Shown piece after piece: positions 60,277 through 64,000 of a stretch of DNA of 64,000 bases. Each line of letters starts with the position of its first letter. The first letter of the stretch is position 1. Source of the stretch: a virus. The notes beneath the pieces were generated by a model. That model did not search any database. It was not told where the DNA came from and saw nothing but the letters and a program-made list of their open reading frames with translations. Position numbers and translations under genes: made by a program. The stretch lies in the IMG/VR virus record IMGVR_UViG_3300028394_003336; one strand, written 5' to 3'.

Positions 60277-61810
60277 GGTAGACGATAACTCAATATTATT
60301 TCAGGCACAAGTTTTAAATATTCAAGACCCAATGATGCTTGGTAGAATACGTGCAATTAGGTTAATTGACAATCTTGATGATATATTAAGAAGTGTTACG
60401 GACCCACCATGGAATGCCGAAAAAGATATATGGACAGCCAGAGACCCGTTAGTATTCACACCATTATTACCATATTTTATATATCAAGTACCAAAAACTG
60501 ATGAATTAATTCAAGTAATGTATTTGAATAAAGACTTTAGATTTCAGAATCAATTCTATATACAAGCCGCGGCGTTTTCATCTCCAACTGCAACTAACAA
60601 AGAATATTATTATGGTGGTAACAAATGGAGTGGTAATGGTGTTCAAATTGTGAATCCAAACCCTTTAAAAAACCAAGATGGGACTTATAAAGATAAATCA
60701 ATACATGAGGGTGTATTCCCACAACCTGGTGATAATGCCATTTTAGGTAGAGGTAGTGCAGACTTAGTTGTTAAACAAGATGACGTTTTATTAAGAGCAG
60801 GTAAATTTAAAGAAGAAAATTTACAACCAAACATTTTACCTGTTGCAAATCCAAAGAGAGCCTTTTTACAATTATCAAGATTTCAAACAACAAAAGAAGT
60901 ATTACCACCGAAAACATATTTTGAGTTTAATGAAGAGGTTGTATTGGTAAAATATTTGATTGAATGGGTTATAGTTAATCCTGAAAATACTAAAGATAAC
61001 TTTACAGGAGATGTATACCTATACCAATTAAAAGCCGACCCATCAACTAATTCTAAAAATTTAACTATTGGTAGTACTGTTGCTTCAAATCTTAAAACGA
61101 TTGTTTTTAAACAAGAAATTAAGGGTAATACTTTAGACATTATTAACCAAATTAATGATTTCATTAAAGCGTGTAACAAAACTAATTTTTATAACGGATA
61201 TCAACTTTTCCCTGATAACCAAGACAATACAAAGTTCCCTATATTTTATAGACCAACAAATGAAACTTATGCTAAAATAAATCCAAGTACTCCTTCAGGA
61301 CAAACAAGTACAACAATTATCAATAACCTTTCAAAGATTTACAAAGGAATAAAAATAAGTCCAGGAATTAAAGGTGGATATGGTTTAATTTATACAAAAA
61401 ATAATGTTGGGATTGTTGGAGCATATGTTAAAAAAACCGCCGCTCAATCAAGATTTATCACACAACAAGCAACATACGGTACATTAGGTGCTGACAAAGT
61501 ATTCTTATTATCTCACAATTCTGCAATACCTGGAAAAGGTGGCCCAATAAATTTTGATAATACATTATACGGAATAACACCTGAACAATATGGGGATGAG
61601 ATTGTACCAAAGACATCAAGTATGGTAAGGGGAGAAGAGTTAATGGAATTGATTAATTTAATTGTTCAATTCTTAATTACACATACTCACGCTTATCCAG
61701 GATTAGCTCCAGTCCCTGTAACTGAGAGTGGTGTTAAAGTAGAATCACTTACTTCAGAACTACAAAATGCCGTTAATAAGATTCTTAACGGAAATATCAG
61801 ACTTAATTGA
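60269..61810 (+). CDS. Baseplate central spike (gp5/gpV-like)
   Basis: N-terminal OB-fold pattern V..IQDP..LGRIRA...PLLP....VPK.DE.I; C-terminal HTH (HxH) metal-binding apex. Confidence 0.65.
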   Translation: MAKVDDNSILFQAQVLNIQDPMMLGRIRAIRLIDNLDDILRSVTDPPWNAEKDIWTARDPLVFTPLLPYFIYQVPKTDELIQVMYLNKDFRFQNQFYIQAAAFSSPTATNKEYYYGGNKWSGNGVQIVNPNPLKNQDGTYKDKSIHEGVFPQPGDNAILGRGSADLVVKQDDVLLRAGKFKEENLQPNILPVANPKRAFLQLSRFQTTKEVLPPKTYFEFNEEVVLVKYLIEWVIVNPENTKDNFTGDVYLYQLKADPSTNSKNLTIGSTVASNLKTIVFKQEIKGNTLDIINQINDFIKACNKTNFYNGYQLFPDNQDNTKFPIFYRPTNETYAKINPSTPSGQTSTTIINNLSKIYKGIKISPGIKGGYGLIYTKNNVGIVGAYVKKTAAQSRFITQQATYGTLGADKVFLLSHNSAIPGKGGPINFDNTLYGITPEQYGDEIVPKTSSMVRGEELMELINLIVQFLITHTHAYPGLAPVPVTESGVKVESLTSELQNAVNKILNGNIRLN

Positions 61811-61829
61811 TATTTATTGAAAAAGATAG

Positions 61830-63338
61830 ATGTCAATTTTAAGGTCGTATATAGATAAAAATAATACCATTACATCAAATTCATATGTAAACACGGCAAG
61901 AAACCCTGTTGTTGAGTTGAATTTTGGTGCTTCGGACTACGTAGTTCCAAACTACGGATACACAAGGTATATCTTTGATTTAGATTTAGTGTTACTTAGA
62001 CAAGACATTGCAACAGGAGTTATCTCAACAGGATGTACTTCAGCAATGACACACACATTAAAGATGACAAACACATCTTCATTTGATAATGAGTTACTTA
62101 ATTCATTTATGTCAAATGAAAGAAGAAGAGCAACTTCATTTGATTTAATTCTTTTCAGAATCCCTCAAACTTCAGGTAATACAGGTAATCCACAATATTG
62201 GGATGAAGGTGTTGGATATGATTATAATGACTTTAATATTGCAAAAAATAGTGCGATAGGTGGGTCATCCCCACTTACTTACGTAGATAGCAGAGCCTTT
62301 TCAACAAGACCTTCAAACTGGTACCAAACCACAACATTAGATACATGGTCACAACCTGGTATCTATAATAACAAAAATGAAGGTGCAGTTAACTTCTCAG
62401 GACTTACAATCGTAGCAAGACAACACTTTCAATTAGGAAATGAAGACCTTAACATGGATATGACTGATGAAATTAATGGAATACTTCAAGGAACAATAAC
62501 TGGTGTTACAGGGTGGGGTTTGGCCTACTTACCTCAAATTGAAAACATTACAGGTTTGACTGACAGTTATAGTGTTGCGTTTTTCTCAAAAGACACTCAA
62601 ACATTCTACCAACCATTCTTATTAACAAACTATGATGATTATATTAAAGATGATAGAAATCAATTTTTAAAGAACCAAGAAAATAGACTGTATCTTTATG
62701 TTTATCAAAATGGTGATTTAGTTAATTTGGATGCCGACCCAATTGTTAGAATTGAAGATAGACTTGGTGTTGCTGTTGATGGAATGGCAACTCTGAGTAC
62801 TTGTTTAAGAACAAAAGGTATCTATGAAGTAATTGTTCCGAATGGATTTACAGGTTCTCCAACTCCTTGTCAATATTTTGATATTTGGTCAGGATTGACA
62901 ATTAATGGACAATGTATCCCAAATGTTAAAAACCAATTCATACTTCAACCATATAGTGCTGGAATACAAATCGGACCAATATCAAAAGAACCTCAAATCT
63001 ATGGATTTGATTTCTATGGTATATTACAAAACGAACAAATTTTAAATTCAGACATTAGAAAAGTTGGGGTTACAATTAAGAAAGCCTATACAGGTCAACA
63101 AGTTCTTTTAAACGTTTCTGCATCATATAGAGTATATGTTATGGAAGGAACAACTGAAGTATTAGTTCAGGACTGGACACCAGTTAATAGAACACCTAAT
63201 GAATATTATTTCATTTTTGATATGAGAGATAAAATACCAAATCAATATTATGTTGATATTCAAGTGAGCACTTCAGGAGAGAAAGATACTTATAAAAGAC
63301 AATTAACGTTTAATATCGTAAACACAAAACAATCATGA
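61830..63338 (+). CDS. Hypothetical structural protein
   Basis: 502 aa, beta-rich, WDEGVGYD motif; TATTTAT upstream. Confidence 0.55.
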   Translation: MSILRSYIDKNNTITSNSYVNTARNPVVELNFGASDYVVPNYGYTRYIFDLDLVLLRQDIATGVISTGCTSAMTHTLKMTNTSSFDNELLNSFMSNERRRATSFDLILFRIPQTSGNTGNPQYWDEGVGYDYNDFNIAKNSAIGGSSPLTYVDSRAFSTRPSNWYQTTTLDTWSQPGIYNNKNEGAVNFSGLTIVARQHFQLGNEDLNMDMTDEINGILQGTITGVTGWGLAYLPQIENITGLTDSYSVAFFSKDTQTFYQPFLLTNYDDYIKDDRNQFLKNQENRLYLYVYQNGDLVNLDADPIVRIEDRLGVAVDGMATLSTCLRTKGIYEVIVPNGFTGSPTPCQYFDIWSGLTINGQCIPNVKNQFILQPYSAGIQIGPISKEPQIYGFDFYGILQNEQILNSDIRKVGVTIKKAYTGQQVLLNVSASYRVYVMEGTTEVLVQDWTPVNRTPNEYYFIFDMRDKIPNQYYVDIQVSTSGEKDTYKRQLTFNIVNTKQS

Positions 63339-63736
63339 GTAAAATAGTAAAATTTACTGAATCAGATTTAAATAGATTGGTAAAAAAGGTAATCTCCGAA
63401 CAGGAGGTTGAAGAAGGAATCTTTGATGGTGTTAAAGATTTATATAGAGGGGTTAAAGGAGTTAAAAGAGGATACGGCATGGATTATTTTCAAAACATGA
63501 GTAAACTAGAAAACCTTGTTAGAAAATTAAAAAATTTAGATGTTCCAAACGAAAAAGTTATGTTGGAATTGAAACAACTAAGAACAAAAGTTTCTTCATT
63601 AAACATGCCACAACAAAGAAAAGATGCAATTGTTAACCTGATTGATAATTCACTTTATCATTTTAGAAAATATTCTGATATTAATGACCAAATTTTGAAT
63701 CAAATAAAAACATTAAATTTAGACAGCTGGAAATAA
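63335..63736 (+). CDS. Hypothetical protein with KxTESDL..LVKKVI.EQ leader
   Basis: MSKIVKFTESDLNRLVKKVISEQ. Confidence 0.65.
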   Translation: MSKIVKFTESDLNRLVKKVISEQEVEEGIFDGVKDLYRGVKGVKRGYGMDYFQNMSKLENLVRKLKNLDVPNEKVMLELKQLRTKVSSLNMPQQRKDAIVNLIDNSLYHFRKYSDINDQILNQIKTLNLDSWK

Positions 63737-63737
63737 T

Positions 63738-64000
63738 ATGAAAAAATTAGTAAAATTAACAGAAAGAGATTTGAACATCCTCGTAAGAAAAGTTCTAAAA
63801 GAACAAGAAGAAGTAAACTACATGTTCTTTAGTAATCTGAAGCAAATTAAAAGACAATGTGAAATGATGCTTGAGATGAATCCAAGTGAAATAGATAGTA
63901 TAATTCAAAATGGTCATGATTGGGCTGATGACCACATAACTGAAGCCAAAACAAACATTGACCAAGTATTTGATTTTTTCAAAAATCAAATGGATGAACA
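63738..64000 (+). CDS. Hypothetical protein with the same leader, truncated at right edge
   Basis: Not in the track; MKKLVKLTERDLNILVRKVLKEQEEVNYMFF..., open to the window end. Confidence 0.65.
   Translation, partial: MKKLVKLTERDLNILVRKVLKEQEEVNYMFFSNLKQIKRQCEMMLEMNPSEIDSIIQNGHDWADDHITEAKTNIDQVFDFFKNQMDE

Noticed and set aside
264-63989. Many 60-155 aa track ORFs antisense to or nested in long genes
   Set aside because: Shadow ORFs with no recognisable motifs
1-64000. Stop-codon reassignment as in some large phages
   Set aside because: Conserved genes are full length and densely packed under the standard code
1-64000. tRNA/rRNA genes
   Set aside because: Intergenic gaps are short and AT-rich; no cloverleaf or T-arm signature noticed

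Overview
AT-rich, gene-dense window from a large (jumbo-type) myovirus genome in the standard genetic code. The A/T-rich leaders lack Shine-Dalgarno motifs, which suggests a Bacteroidota host. Bases 1-25 kb carry a T4-like contractile-tail and neck module (baseplate, tape measure, chaperone, tube, sheath, terminator, neck), interleaved with a HAD phosphatase, SET protein, SNF2 helicase and SOD fusion. A family B DNA polymerase follows. Bases 28-57 kb are dominated by a soluble glycosylation apparatus: about 13 glycosyltransferase genes (GT60-, GT25-, HtrL-, GT2-, GT-B-, GT10- and GT11-like), three O-methyltransferases and a GDP-mannose 3',5'-epimerase-like enzyme. It surrounds four signal-peptide-less proteins with mucin-like Pro/Thr repeats. 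The best candidate new system is phage-encoded mucin-type O-glycosylation, in which a GT60 initiating enzyme sits next to its putative PT-repeat substrates and could build a virion glycocalyx. Also seen: a probable +1 frameshift in the tail chaperone, a TATTTAT motif before 16 gene starts together with a gp55-like sigma factor, and an OmpA-like domain inside a baseplate protein. All family assignments come from motif recognition by eye, not database searches.
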